From positions 32,001 through 96,000 of the forward strand of contig JAGWLG010000007.1 of assembly GCA_028864975.1 (NCBI GenBank): DNA of 64,000 bases. The letters are read 5' to 3'. The stretch is from Thermoplasmata archaeon (GTDB lineage Archaea > Thermoplasmatota > Thermoplasmata > Lutacidiplasmatales > UBA184). Within the stretch, counting starts at the first letter, position 1, and every line of letters begins with the position of its first letter. Under the pieces are notes generated by a model. The model made no database searches and had not been told where the DNA came from. It saw only the letters and a list, made by a program, of their open reading frames with translations. Shown piece by piece: positions 8,486 through 17,992 of this stretch. The translations under genes and the position numbers were made by a program.

Positions 8486-9462
8486 ACGACGCGATCCCCC
8501 CGGCCCGAGCTCCCCTGCGGGCTCGGGCCCCCGGCAAGGCGATTCTTTTCGGAGAGCACGCGGTCGTCTTCGGAAGGACCGCGGTGGTCCTCGCCTTGGA
8601 GCTGGGCACTGAGGTTGCGATCGACGAGGGCGCGCCTGGCGGTGAGAGCACGTACAACGGATCCGCGGAGGCAGCGCGTTCGAACCCCTACCTGCAGGAG
8701 GCCCTTCGGTCCCACTCCGCGGGCCACGCTTTGGCGCTGAACGTCCGTTCGGATATCCCGAAGGCCTCGGGGCTCGGTTCCTCCGCCGCTTTCACGGCGG
8801 CCTTGATGGCGGGACTGCTCTCCCTTCAGGGAGGGTCTTCCCGAGCTCGACTGGCCGAAGAGAGCTTCCGAACGGAGCGGGGCGCCCAAGGGGTGGGCTC
8901 GCCTGTCGACACGAGCGCGGCCGTGGCGGGCGGGGTGCTCACCGTCGGGCATCAGGGACTCCCCGGCGCCACCGCCCTCTGGTCGCTACCTGCGGTCGAC
9001 GGAGGCCCACCTTGGAGCGTGGGGCGGGTCCCGGACCCCGGCTGGACCTGGGTCGTGGGCTACACGGGCGTGCCCAAGGATACGGCGACGGTCGTGCGGC
9101 GCGTGGGCGAGCGCGTGAAGCGCCCCGACGGGGAGCGTCTCCTCGACGAGATCGCGCACGTCGCGGTCGAGGGCGTCGAGGCTCTTCGAGCAAAGGACCG
9201 CGCGGCGGTGGGACGGGCGATGAAGGAGAATCAACGGCTCCTCGTGGACCTCGGCATCTCCCACCCGCGTCTCGAAGAGCTGCTCGCGAGCATCGACCGC
9301 TACGCTTTGGGGGCCAAGATCACAGGGGCAGGCGGAGGGGGGTCGGTGGTCGCCCTCCCTCGGGAGGGAGAGGAAGTGCTCGTCGGACGGGCGATCTCCC
9401 ATGCGGGCGGCGTGCCGTTCCTCGTACGAGTTGCCCCCAGCGGAGCCGCCCTGGAGGCCTGA
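8482..9462 (+). CDS. mvk: Mevalonate kinase (GHMP family)
   Basis: APGKAILFGEHAVVFG, IPKASGLGSSAA, SPVDT and GAKITGAGGGG. Confidence 0.88.
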   Translation: MNDAIPPARAPLRARAPGKAILFGEHAVVFGRTAVVLALELGTEVAIDEGAPGGESTYNGSAEAARSNPYLQEALRSHSAGHALALNVRSDIPKASGLGSSAAFTAALMAGLLSLQGGSSRARLAEESFRTERGAQGVGSPVDTSAAVAGGVLTVGHQGLPGATALWSLPAVDGGPPWSVGRVPDPGWTWVVGYTGVPKDTATVVRRVGERVKRPDGERLLDEIAHVAVEGVEALRAKDRAAVGRAMKENQRLLVDLGISHPRLEELLASIDRYALGAKITGAGGGGSVVALPREGEEVLVGRAISHAGGVPFLVRVAPSGAALEA

Positions 9463-9627
9463 CCGGTCCCTGAGCGGCCACTCGCTGTGGAGTTGATGGC
9501 GAGCGGCCCTTTGAGATGAGGAACGCATCTCCTGGCGCCGAGCTTTCGTCGATCGCCTGCGTACCCGCAGATTGAAGACCCTTGGAGGACTTCTCCCGCG
9601 CAGCGGAGTGGCGGCCCCGCCTTGCGA

Positions 9628-10167
9628 ATGCGACTTTCACACCTGCGCGCGGTCGGGCCTGGAGGAGAGGCCATCCCTGCGCCGACACCGTCGGTGACGG
9701 AAGCCAGGGTCCTCGCGAGCCTCCGTCGGGTCCTCCACGACACATCCTTGTGCTCTCTCGCGACGGTCGCGGACGATGGGGGACCCCATATCTGCCACGT
9801 CTACTTCGCTTTCGACCAGGAGTTACGGGTCCACTTCCTCTCGCACCCCGATTCGGCCCACTGCCGACACATTCGTCGGTCGGGTCGTGCCTCGATCTCG
9901 GTCTACGATTCCCACCAGAGTTGGGGGGGGCAAGATGCGGGGATCGCGATGGACGGCGTGGCCAAAGAGTGTCGCGGTACGGACGAGACCGCCGCTGAGT
10001 CGACCTATGCTCGCAGGTTCAAAGGATACCGAACGTGGACCCGGAGCAGTGAGTTCTCTCGATTCGGCCGCAGGTATCGCTTCTACACTTTCACCCCCAC
10101 CAGTCTGAAGGTGTTCGACGAGCGGAGGCTGGGTCCCGGCCTCTTCCTCACCGCCCGGGTCCGCTAG
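9628..10167 (+). CDS. Pyridoxamine 5'-phosphate oxidase-like FMN-binding protein (YhbP-like)
   Basis: LCSLATV..PHICHVYFAFD..FLSHPDSAHCRHI..SISVYDS. Confidence 0.8.
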   Translation: MRLSHLRAVGPGGEAIPAPTPSVTEARVLASLRRVLHDTSLCSLATVADDGGPHICHVYFAFDQELRVHFLSHPDSAHCRHIRRSGRASISVYDSHQSWGGQDAGIAMDGVAKECRGTDETAAESTYARRFKGYRTWTRSSEFSRFGRRYRFYTFTPTSLKVFDERRLGPGLFLTARVR

Positions 10168-10296
10168 GACGGTTGACGACTGGGGCGGGTCGTGTCCTTC
10201 TGAGCCCCGAGCTCCTGACCAGGTTCTTGAGAGGCACGGGTCGTGCCCTGATCCACCTCTGGGGAACGGTGGGTCCAAAGCCCCGAAGTCGAGTCC

Positions 10297-11493
10297 CTAT
10301 CGCTTCGCGACGATGCGAAGGACCTCGCCCCCTTGCAGGGGATGGTCTGCACCCAGAGCCCGGCGCGTGCGCCCATCGATGGCCCGTACGAAGTGCTCGC
10401 CGAGGTCCGTGTGGACGCGATACGCGAGCTGGCGCGCCGAGGTCCCCTGCGGGACCAGGTGGGCGTCGGGGAGCACGCGGCCCTGCTTGTCCGTCCACCG
10501 GTTCTCGTCCTCGACGGGGAAGACGACGATCTGCTTCATCGCCCCGAAGACCAGGGACTCGAGGGCCTCGATCACTCCGGTCGTCCCCCATCGCTGGAGG
10601 TAGGACCCCACGTCGTCGAGCGCCTTCTGCTGTCCCCCCGAGAGCCTCGAGCCCTCGACGACCTGGAACTTGCCCTCCCCGGGTCGATAGGAGATGAGAC
10701 CGGCCTTGGCGGCGCGTCGGAGCAAGAGCTCGAGGTCCGCGCTCGTCGCTCGGACCGGTACCGGAGCGACCTTCCCCTCGAGGTCCTTGAGCGCCTCCTG
10801 CGCGACCCGGTCCGCCTTGTTGGCGACGACCAGGCGCGGTCGCGCGATCCGCAGGAGGTCGCGCGCGAGGTGCAGCAGGTCCTCCTCCGTCCACTTGGAA
10901 GGGCGTGCGTGGTCGAGAGGGACGTCGCGCAGCGCGTGCTGCACGTTTCCCACATTGATGCCCATCCCCGTGAGCCGACCCGCGATCGCCTCGTCGAGCT
11001 TGGCGCCGGAGAGCTCCCATCCCCGGGAGGCCTTGTCCCACTGTTTCCCGAGCGCCCCCGCGACCCAGAGGTCGAGCTCCTCCTGGACGAACGCCACCTC
11101 TTCCTCTGGTCGGAAGCTCCCGGGCTCCGCGAGGACCCCCTCGGGCGTGGTCCCTCCCGACAGGTCGACCACGTGGAGGTATCCGTCGGCCTGACGGAGG
11201 TCGTCCAGGAACTTGTTCCCCTTCCCCTTGCCCGCGTGCGCCCCCGGGACCAAGCCCGCGACGTCGACAAGATGCACGGGGACCTGGCGGGTCCCCGCGT
11301 CGCAGGGGGCGTTCCCGGGGGTGCAGGGGGTGCCCTTCTCCCCATGCGGACACGGGAAGCGGACGAAGGAGACCCCCTTGTTCGCCTCGATGGTGGTGAA
11401 GGGATACGGCCCGACCGGGACGTTCAGCAGCGTGAGCGCGTTGAAGAGCGTGGACTTCCCGACGTTCGGCTTTCCGATGAGACCGACCTCCAT
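10297..11493 (-). CDS. ychF: YchF/Obg-family translation-associated NTPase with TGS domain
   Basis: GLIGKPNVGKSTLFNALT, YPFTTIEAN, DVAGLVPGAH, NKAD, VHTDLGEHFVRAID. Confidence 0.93.
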   Translation of the reverse strand: MEVGLIGKPNVGKSTLFNALTLLNVPVGPYPFTTIEANKGVSFVRFPCPHGEKGTPCTPGNAPCDAGTRQVPVHLVDVAGLVPGAHAGKGKGNKFLDDLRQADGYLHVVDLSGGTTPEGVLAEPGSFRPEEEVAFVQEELDLWVAGALGKQWDKASRGWELSGAKLDEAIAGRLTGMGINVGNVQHALRDVPLDHARPSKWTEEDLLHLARDLLRIARPRLVVANKADRVAQEALKDLEGKVAPVPVRATSADLELLLRRAAKAGLISYRPGEGKFQVVEGSRLSGGQQKALDDVGSYLQRWGTTGVIEALESLVFGAMKQIVVFPVEDENRWTDKQGRVLPDAHLVPQGTSARQLAYRVHTDLGEHFVRAIDGRTRRALGADHPLQGGEVLRIVAKR

Positions 11494-11519
11494 GGAACGA
11501 ACCTCGTGTGGAACCCTTC

Positions 11520-12071
11520 CTACGTGCCGTAGTGGGGCGCGACCTCGCGGAACCCGGATTGACGGTTGACCGTGAGGGCCATGGCGAACAGCAATCCCGA
11601 GAGTCGGTTCGCGTAGGCCAGGACCACCGGGCGCTGGGGCTGCCCCCGGTGAAGCCGCACCACTTCTCGCTCGGCGCGCCGCGCCACGGCTCGAGCGACG
11701 TGGAGGCGGGCCGCGGCGGTCGTGCCACGGGGAAGGACGAACGCGTGCCGCTCCTCGAAGCTCTCGGAGAAGGTGTCGATCTCCTTCTCGAGCCTCTGGA
11801 GGTGCCGCTCCTCCAATCGGTGGGGTGGAGGAGGCTGTCCTGCGGGGGTCGCGAGCTCCGCATTGAGGATGAAGATCTCGTGTTGCAGCCGTTCGAGGAT
11901 CTCCCGGAGGGGACCCAGCTCTGCCGGGAGCTCCGCCTGGGCGAGGCCGAGGTGGCAGCAGAGCTCGTCCATGGCCCCGCAAGCCTCCACGTGAAGGTCC
12001 TCCTTCGGGACGCGGCGGCCGCCGATGAGACCCGTGTCGCCCTTGTCCCCGCCCCGCGTGTAGAGCTTCAG
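11520..12071 (-). CDS. pduO: ATP:cob(I)alamin adenosyltransferase (PduO type)
   Basis: KLYTRGGDKGDTGL, EACGAMDEL, ARAVARRAER and YANRLSGLLF; the frame extends past the track start (11990) to a CTG at 12071. Confidence 0.9.
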   Translation of the reverse strand: MKLYTRGGDKGDTGLIGGRRVPKEDLHVEACGAMDELCCHLGLAQAELPAELGPLREILERLQHEIFILNAELATPAGQPPPPHRLEERHLQRLEKEIDTFSESFEERHAFVLPRGTTAAARLHVARAVARRAEREVVRLHRGQPQRPVVLAYANRLSGLLFAMALTVNRQSGFREVAPHYGT

Positions 12072-12150
12072 AGCCCCCCCTCTTTCGCGGGACAGGGGCT
12101 GGACGATATAGTCCTCGGCCCGTTCGCGGGTGGCGCAAAGCTAACTTCCC

Positions 12151-15100
12151 ATGCCCGCTCGACTCCACGTGGGCGGACGTCCAGCTCGATCCACCGAGGG
12201 GCTCGCCGACCGTGCCGACGTGGTCCCTTCCCGGGATCCGGCGAGACACGGGGGAGCGCTGGCCGCTCTTCTCCTGAGTTCACTTTTCCTGCTTTCCAGC
12301 ATCGTTCCGATGTCCCACTTCGAGGTCGGAGGGGCCCCCAAGACCGCTCAGGCCACGTCCTCTCCTGTCCTCGCAGCCTCCGCCTCTCCCGCCCCCTCTC
12401 CCCTCGCTTCTCCCTCACGGTCGGAAGGGGCCTCTCCGATCGTTCCCGGCGCGCAGGGAGCTTCGCAGCCCTCACCCACCCCGGGGGGGACCTCTGGGAC
12501 CGCGTGCCCTGCGGCCCAATTCGTGTTGAACGGGACCGAGTCGGACACCACCGTTGCGGCAGGCAGCACGGACTACTGGGCGGCGAGCTACCCTTCGAGC
12601 GAGGCGGGGGAGTGGCTCACAGGTTTCGAGGTCACCTCTTCGGTGGCGTTCGTGAACGCGGGGACCGGCCCCGGGAGCGCGACCGCGCTCGTAGAGCTCG
12701 AGCTCACCCCGGTCGCGTACGCCCCCTGGGGAGGCACCGCGACCTCGCTCCTCGCCCCTCCCCCCGGCGTCGCGGTCGCCAGTTGGACCCTGTACCTGGG
12801 TGGCGGGAACGACGCCTCCGGGCAGACGGGGTCGCAGTCCTGTCTGACCGACACCGTCCCGAGCGCGGACCCCTACGTCACGGTGGTCGTTAGCGCGGGA
12901 TCATCGACCCTTTCGAAGATGGTGACCACGGCCGCCATGTCGGTCGACATGGTGGCCCCGGGCGCCGCGGGCGACTGTCGGACGGGGCAGGGGATCGAGT
13001 ATGGAGGGCAGACGGACAGCTCCCCGGCCGCCGCCGGGGTCGAGTCCTGGGCCTCGAGCGACCCCTCGGCCCTCGTCGGAGAGGCGGTCTCGGGGTTCGA
13101 GGTGAGCCTCTCCGGGGCCTACTCGGTCGCCCCGACGGCCACCGCGGCCTACGCCTCGGTCGAGGCGATGCTGGTGCTCGCTCCCCGGCCGTTCACGGCT
13201 TGGAACAGCAGCGGTCAGGCCGTACCAGGTCTACCCGCGGGCGCGGAGGTCGTGGGGGTCTTCGAGGTCCCGGTCGCGACCACGCAGGGGAGCGGCGCCG
13301 TCGCCGTCTCCACCTCCTGTCTCGACCTCGTGGTCCCTTCCACGCTCCCCTACCTATCTCTGCTCCTGGTCGTGAACAGTAGTTCGACCAACGTCCTGAG
13401 CGCTCAGGTGGAGACGACGACGTTCGTGTCCGCCGCGGGCATCGTTCCCTCGGGGTGCGAGGCGGGGGGCATGCCCCAGTACGGGGGAGAGTCCGACGTG
13501 ATCTCCAGCGGAAGCGGTGGGTCGGGGTTGTGGGCCGCGAGCGACCCCACGGACCTCTCGGGGGACTACCTCAACAGTTTCCAGACGAGCGTGGTCGAGT
13601 CCTATGCGGGAGCCCCCTCCGCTGTTCCGTCCTTTGGAACGACGCTCTTCTGGCTCTTCCTGAGCCCGGTCGCCTACTCCGGGTGGAACTCGGGCGGGCA
13701 GTCGGTCCCTTCCCTTCCGTCGGGGTCTCTGGTGCTCGGGGCTTGGTCCCTCTCGACAGGATCCGGGGGCGACCAGGAGGGGACGGCCCTGTACGTGAGC
13801 TGCCTCCATCTCGTGGTGCCGAACGGCCAGCCGTACCTCAGCCTCCTGGTCGACGAGCGGGGTGCGGTCGGACTCACGTCCGAGGTGCAATCGGTCACGT
13901 ATGCCACGGTGACAACGCATTCGACTCCGTGCTCGATCGAGCGCAACGCGACCGCCCAGCTCGGGCAGGAGGACAGCGTGACGCCGGCGAGCACGACCGC
14001 GTGGTGGGCCGCGAGCGCTCCAGGGACCTTCGGGGGCGACCGCGTGTCCGGCCTGACCCTCAGCACCTCGATCGCCCCCAACCCTGGGGTCGCGGCCCTC
14101 CCTGGTGACGCGTACTCGCTGGTCTGGCTCCTGTCGACGAGCACCCTCTATGCGGGGAACAACGGTCCGGGCACGTCCCTGACGGGCTTCCCCGCGGGCA
14201 CCGTTCTCGCTTCCCTCAAGCTCGCGACGGGTTCGGGGTTCGGTTCCCTCGACGAGTCCGTCTCGCTATCATGCCTGGACGCGATCGTCCCGTCCGGCGA
14301 GCCCTACCTCACGACGATGATCCAGATTGTCTCGGGGCCCGGGGGGAACCTTGACGCTGAAGTGCAATCGATGGTGCGGGCAGAGCCCCCGAGCGAGGCC
14401 AGCCCCTGCCTCGCCCCGGCGTCGCTCCGTGGCCCGTCGATCCAGGCCGGGGGCGAAGCGGACACGCTTTCGTCCTCGGGGATCGGTTGGTTCGTCGCGA
14501 GCGATCCCACGAACCTCTCCGGTGAGGTGGTGACCTCCGTCGCGTTCTCCGCCTCGCTCACGTTCGGGACGGCGAGCGCGACGCCGACCTTCGGAGAGGC
14601 CCTCTTCGCCCTCTTCTTCTCACGGACGCCCTACACGCCGTGGGACTCCGCCGGGCAGTCCTTGGGGAGCTTTCCCCCGGAGACCGCGCCCGTCGGGCAG
14701 TGGATCCTCAAGACCGGCTCGGCCAACGAGAGCGCCGCGGAGTCGAGCGATGCGACCTGTCTCGTGGTACCGGTTCCCCGGGGCGCGCCCTACCTATCGC
14801 TGATGGTCGACCCTCTGGCGGCTTCCACTCCCTCCCTCGCCGCGGAGATGCAGGTCGCGGTCGGGACCGCGACGCCGACCCCGCTGACCTCGGTCGCCAC
14901 GGTCTACCCTCCTTCGGGGGGAGACGCGGGTCGCACCTCCTTCTTCCTCTCGGCCGCTCCGACCGGCGGGGTCGCACCCTATCAAGCGACCTGGTCGCTG
15001 GGGGATGGGACCTGGCTCCAAGGCCACTCCCAGAACCACACGTACACGTCGCCGGGCAACTACGCGGTGAACGTGTGGACCAACGACTCGCTCGGGAACT

Positions 15101-16470
15101 CGACGCTCGCCCGGCTCCTGGTCCCGGTGAGCGCGCTCCCCCGCGCCTCCATCTCGGCGAGCCCCTCAGGGGCGGTCGACGCCGGGGAGAACGTAGCGTT
15201 CTCGGCCAACGTGAGCGGGGGCGCTCCGCCCGTCACGTTCCTCTGGAAGTTCGGGGATGGGGGCGCGGGGATCTTTGAGAACACGAGCCACGTCTATCGC
15301 TTCGCGGGAAGCTACGCGGTCCGGTTCTTCGCGAACGACTCGACCGGGGACTCGGTGAACTCGACGCTCCTGCTCGCGGTCCACCCCGCTCCCACGGCTT
15401 CCCCCTCGGTCCAGCCTTCGGTCGGGGAGGCCGGGACCGCGCTCTCCTTCTTGGCGAACGCGTCGGGAGGGACGGCGCCGATCACCTGGACCTGGACCTT
15501 CGGAGATGGAGGCCGCTCCACCCAGGAGAACACCACGCACACCTACGCGAGCGAAGGGACCTTCCTCACGACGCTCTACGTGAACGACTCCGCCGGGACC
15601 GAGCTCGTGCGGTCCCTCCCGGTGGTCGTCGACCCCCCGCTCAGCACCTCGCTCGGCTTCTCGGCCAACGATGTGCGCGTCGGAGGTCCGAACGGCATCA
15701 CGGTCTCGGCCGGCCCATCGGGAGGCACGGGGACCTACCGCTTCGCCTGGGACCTCAACGGAAGCTCGCTCCCCGAGAGCACGCCGTCGTTCAGCTTCGG
15801 GCCGCGAGGGGCGGGGAACTTCACCTTCTCGCTGGTGGTCACGGACAGCGCGGGCTACTCCACCTCGGCGAACGGGGTCCTGACGATGCTTCCCCCCCTC
15901 GTCGTCCTCGCGACAGCTTCCCCGGAGAACTCGACCCTCGGGAGCACCGTCCAGCTGGTCGCCGAGGTCTACGCCCCCGAAGGACCGATCTCCTACGCCT
16001 GGTCCTTCTTGCCCGCCCCGTGTGAGGGCGCCGACGCCCCCTCGGTGAGCTGCGCGCCCTCGTCCGCGGGGCACTTCGCGGTGAGGGTGGTGGTCACGGA
16101 CTCGCGCGGCGTCCAGGCGGCGGGGTACGTCGGCTTCACGATCAATGGGCCCCCCTCGCGAGGTCCGAGCTTCCTCTCTTCCCCGTTCCTTCTCGAGGTG
16201 GCGGCGCTGTTGGGTGCGGCCGTCCTTATCGCGGTCGTGGTCATCATCGGCCACCGCCGGAACCGTAGGGCCGCAGAGCCTCCCGCGGAGACGGGAGCGC
16301 CAGCGTCGGAGGCTGCCGCGTTCGTCCCCGTACCCCTGACCTCGGCTCCGGCCGTGCCCCCCTCCACCTCTTCCACGCCGAAGCTCCCTGCCGCCGCAGT
16401 CGGTGCGGCGCCCGGACCCTCCGCTTCGGCGAAGCTGGGCGGGCCTCCCCCGCTACCCTTGAAGAAGTGA
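12151..16470 (+). CDS. Large surface protein: signal peptide, five ~158-aa repeats, PKD domains, C-terminal TM and Pro-rich tail
   Basis: Hydrophobic ALAALLLSSLFLLSSIV; repeated SCL..VP..PYL; PKD motifs WSLGDG, WKFGDG, WTFGDG; TM VAALLGAAVLIAVVVIIG followed by HRRNRR. Confidence 0.9.
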   Translation: MPARLHVGGRPARSTEGLADRADVVPSRDPARHGGALAALLLSSLFLLSSIVPMSHFEVGGAPKTAQATSSPVLAASASPAPSPLASPSRSEGASPIVPGAQGASQPSPTPGGTSGTACPAAQFVLNGTESDTTVAAGSTDYWAASYPSSEAGEWLTGFEVTSSVAFVNAGTGPGSATALVELELTPVAYAPWGGTATSLLAPPPGVAVASWTLYLGGGNDASGQTGSQSCLTDTVPSADPYVTVVVSAGSSTLSKMVTTAAMSVDMVAPGAAGDCRTGQGIEYGGQTDSSPAAAGVESWASSDPSALVGEAVSGFEVSLSGAYSVAPTATAAYASVEAMLVLAPRPFTAWNSSGQAVPGLPAGAEVVGVFEVPVATTQGSGAVAVSTSCLDLVVPSTLPYLSLLLVVNSSSTNVLSAQVETTTFVSAAGIVPSGCEAGGMPQYGGESDVISSGSGGSGLWAASDPTDLSGDYLNSFQTSVVESYAGAPSAVPSFGTTLFWLFLSPVAYSGWNSGGQSVPSLPSGSLVLGAWSLSTGSGGDQEGTALYVSCLHLVVPNGQPYLSLLVDERGAVGLTSEVQSVTYATVTTHSTPCSIERNATAQLGQEDSVTPASTTAWWAASAPGTFGGDRVSGLTLSTSIAPNPGVAALPGDAYSLVWLLSTSTLYAGNNGPGTSLTGFPAGTVLASLKLATGSGFGSLDESVSLSCLDAIVPSGEPYLTTMIQIVSGPGGNLDAEVQSMVRAEPPSEASPCLAPASLRGPSIQAGGEADTLSSSGIGWFVASDPTNLSGEVVTSVAFSASLTFGTASATPTFGEALFALFFSRTPYTPWDSAGQSLGSFPPETAPVGQWILKTGSANESAAESSDATCLVVPVPRGAPYLSLMVDPLAASTPSLAAEMQVAVGTATPTPLTSVATVYPPSGGDAGRTSFFLSAAPTGGVAPYQATWSLGDGTWLQGHSQNHTYTSPGNYAVNVWTNDSLGNSTLARLLVPVSALPRASISASPSGAVDAGENVAFSANVSGGAPPVTFLWKFGDGGAGIFENTSHVYRFAGSYAVRFFANDSTGDSVNSTLLLAVHPAPTASPSVQPSVGEAGTALSFLANASGGTAPITWTWTFGDGGRSTQENTTHTYASEGTFLTTLYVNDSAGTELVRSLPVVVDPPLSTSLGFSANDVRVGGPNGITVSAGPSGGTGTYRFAWDLNGSSLPESTPSFSFGPRGAGNFTFSLVVTDSAGYSTSANGVLTMLPPLVVLATASPENSTLGSTVQLVAEVYAPEGPISYAWSFLPAPCEGADAPSVSCAPSSAGHFAVRVVVTDSRGVQAAGYVGFTINGPPSRGPSFLSSPFLLEVAALLGAAVLIAVVVIIGHRRNRRAAEPPAETGAPASEAAAFVPVPLTSAPAVPPSTSSTPKLPAAAVGAAPGPSASAKLGGPPPLPLKK

Positions 16471-16534
16471 GCGGGGGCGGAAGGGGAACTGCCCTTCCGT
16501 CCGCCCGCAGTTCGGCCCCAGGGTCTGGCCGAGC

Positions 16535-16792
16535 CTAGCCCGCAGGGATCGCCCAGGAGCCGCTGCCGTAGAGCGCCCCCGTGGGATAGACCCGGGTCTC
16601 CCGCACGAACTCCGGCCTCTCCCGACGGACGACCGGGAGGTCCGCGGGGTCGAGCGGGCTCTCCAGGCCGTGGACCGGGCAGAAGGTGATCCGGAGCTTG
16701 CGGTTGAGCTCGGCCTTCGTACCGCACCAACGGCAGACCATGGGTCGGCCTCGACTGTCGGCAAGGGCTTCCAACGTAGCGTTCTCGATCAT
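16535..16792 (-). CDS. Small putative Zn-binding protein (CxxC..CxxH), paralog A
   Basis: AGGAGGAGGGG SD before ATG; GRPMVCRWCG..LRITFCPVHG; paralog at 28339-28629. Confidence 0.75.
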   Translation of the reverse strand: MIENATLEALADSRGRPMVCRWCGTKAELNRKLRITFCPVHGLESPLDPADLPVVRRERPEFVRETRVYPTGALYGSGSWAIPAG

Positions 16793-16835
16793 GTTTGTGT
16801 CCCCTCCTCCTTCCTGTTGCACCGTGGGTTCACCC

Positions 16836-17261
16836 TCAGACCCCCCCGCGTCGCTCGCCCTCCTGGGCAGCGCCGTGCTGGGCCTCCTCGTCCTTCGAGA
16901 GCTGCTCGGCCGTCCGCCGGTCCGTCTCCATCCGTCGAGCTCGTTGCTGGGCGACCTCGCCGAGTCCGAGCTCGAGCGCCTTCTCGAGCGCCGCTTCGAG
17001 GCTCCCGGAGAACCCGTTCGCGATCGACCGCTCGAGCTCGCGGCAAAGGCTCACGGGGACATCGACGAGCCGTCCGCGTGGGGCCTGTTCCCCGGGGGCC
17101 CGCTGGGGGACGCCCGCTTCGCCGGCCTCGCGTAGAACGTGACGGACCGCCTCCGAGCGGTTCGCGAACCCTCGCTCCTCGACGATCGTGTCGAGGTGAG
17201 CGAGCTCTTCCTGGCTCAACCGCACGCCGAGGTAGCGTTCCTCGTTCGCGCGGGATTTCAC
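16836..17261 (-). CDS. Ribbon-helix-helix (CopG/NikR-like) DNA-binding protein with helical C-terminus
   Basis: YLGVRLSQEELAHLDTIVEERGFANRSEAVRHVLRE; second degenerate RHH at LVDVPVSLCRELERSIANGF. Confidence 0.75.
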   Translation of the reverse strand: MKSRANEERYLGVRLSQEELAHLDTIVEERGFANRSEAVRHVLREAGEAGVPQRAPGEQAPRGRLVDVPVSLCRELERSIANGFSGSLEAALEKALELGLGEVAQQRARRMETDRRTAEQLSKDEEAQHGAAQEGERRGGV

Positions 17262-17271
17262 AAAAAATCAC

Positions 17272-17304
17272 ATGGTCAAACTAGTATATGAATTATGGTT
17301 AAAC
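17272..17304. promoter_or_regulatory. AT-rich divergent promoter with direct repeat ATGGT(C/T)AAAC x2
   Basis: ATGGTCAAAC at 17272-17281 and ATGGTTAAAC at 17295-17304 flank TAGTATATGAATT. Confidence 0.5.
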
Positions 17305-17449
17305 GCCTCCCAATCCTGAGGGCCCTCCGCGATCCCGAACTCCCCTCGCGCAGAACGCTCGCGTCCTTCCGCACAACCCTGCGACGGCTCCGACGGAGCA
17401 CACATCTTTTTGAGGGCAGGTCACTGCGGACGCCGAACGAGGTCATGCC

Positions 17450-17836
17450 ATGGCGTGGACACAAGCGGAGGTTCGCGAGCTCAAAGAGGGCCGCTACATG
17501 CTGATCGACAACGAGCCGTGCAAGATCCTCTCGATCCAGACCTCGAAACCTGGGAAGCATGGCGAAGCGAAGGCCCGCATCGACGCCGTCGGGATCTTCA
17601 ACGGGAACAAGACCTCGGTCGTCTATCCCGTGAAGCACAAGGTCCAGGTCCCGATCATCAACAAGCGGACCGCGCAGGTGCTCTCGCTCTCCGGCTCGGA
17701 GGCCCAGCTCATGGACCTCGAGACCTACGAGACCTTCAACATCAACCTGGAAGCGGAACAGCAGGGGATCTTGCCTGGGCAAGAGGTGGGCTACATCTCC
17801 GCCATGGGCAAACGCAAGCTCCAGGTCAACCCGTGA
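17450..17836 (+). CDS. eif5a: Translation initiation/elongation factor 5A
   Basis: [13 protein letters not shown] and hypusine motif [13 protein letters not shown]. Confidence 0.97.
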   Translation: MAWTQAEVRELKEGRYMLIDNEPCKILSIQTSKPGKHGEAKARIDAVGIFNGNKTSVVYPVKHKVQVPIINKRTAQVLSLSGSEAQLMDLETYETFNINLEAEQQGILPGQEVGYISAMGKRKLQVNP

Positions 17837-17921
17837 GCGGGACCCTCGCGCGACGGGACCCCTGAGGTCGGTCGGATGCGACCGGGCGAGGGCGCCCGGA
17901 GCCCCCCCTCCGACTATGCCG

Positions 17922-17928
17922 TTTATAA
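17922..17928 (+). promoter_or_regulatory. TATA box upstream of the giant helical-repeat gene
   Basis: TTTATAA followed by AGGAGGG at 17979-17985. Confidence 0.55.
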
Positions 17929-17992
17929 CGTAGCCCGGTATGATTTCCTCGGTCGCGTGCGGGCCGGTTAGGCGAGGCAGGAGGGTAAACCT

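Noticed and set aside
11494-12249. N-terminal 250-aa extension of the YchF ORF in the track
   Set aside because: Overlaps pduO in another frame; the conserved G1 motif begins right after ATG 11493
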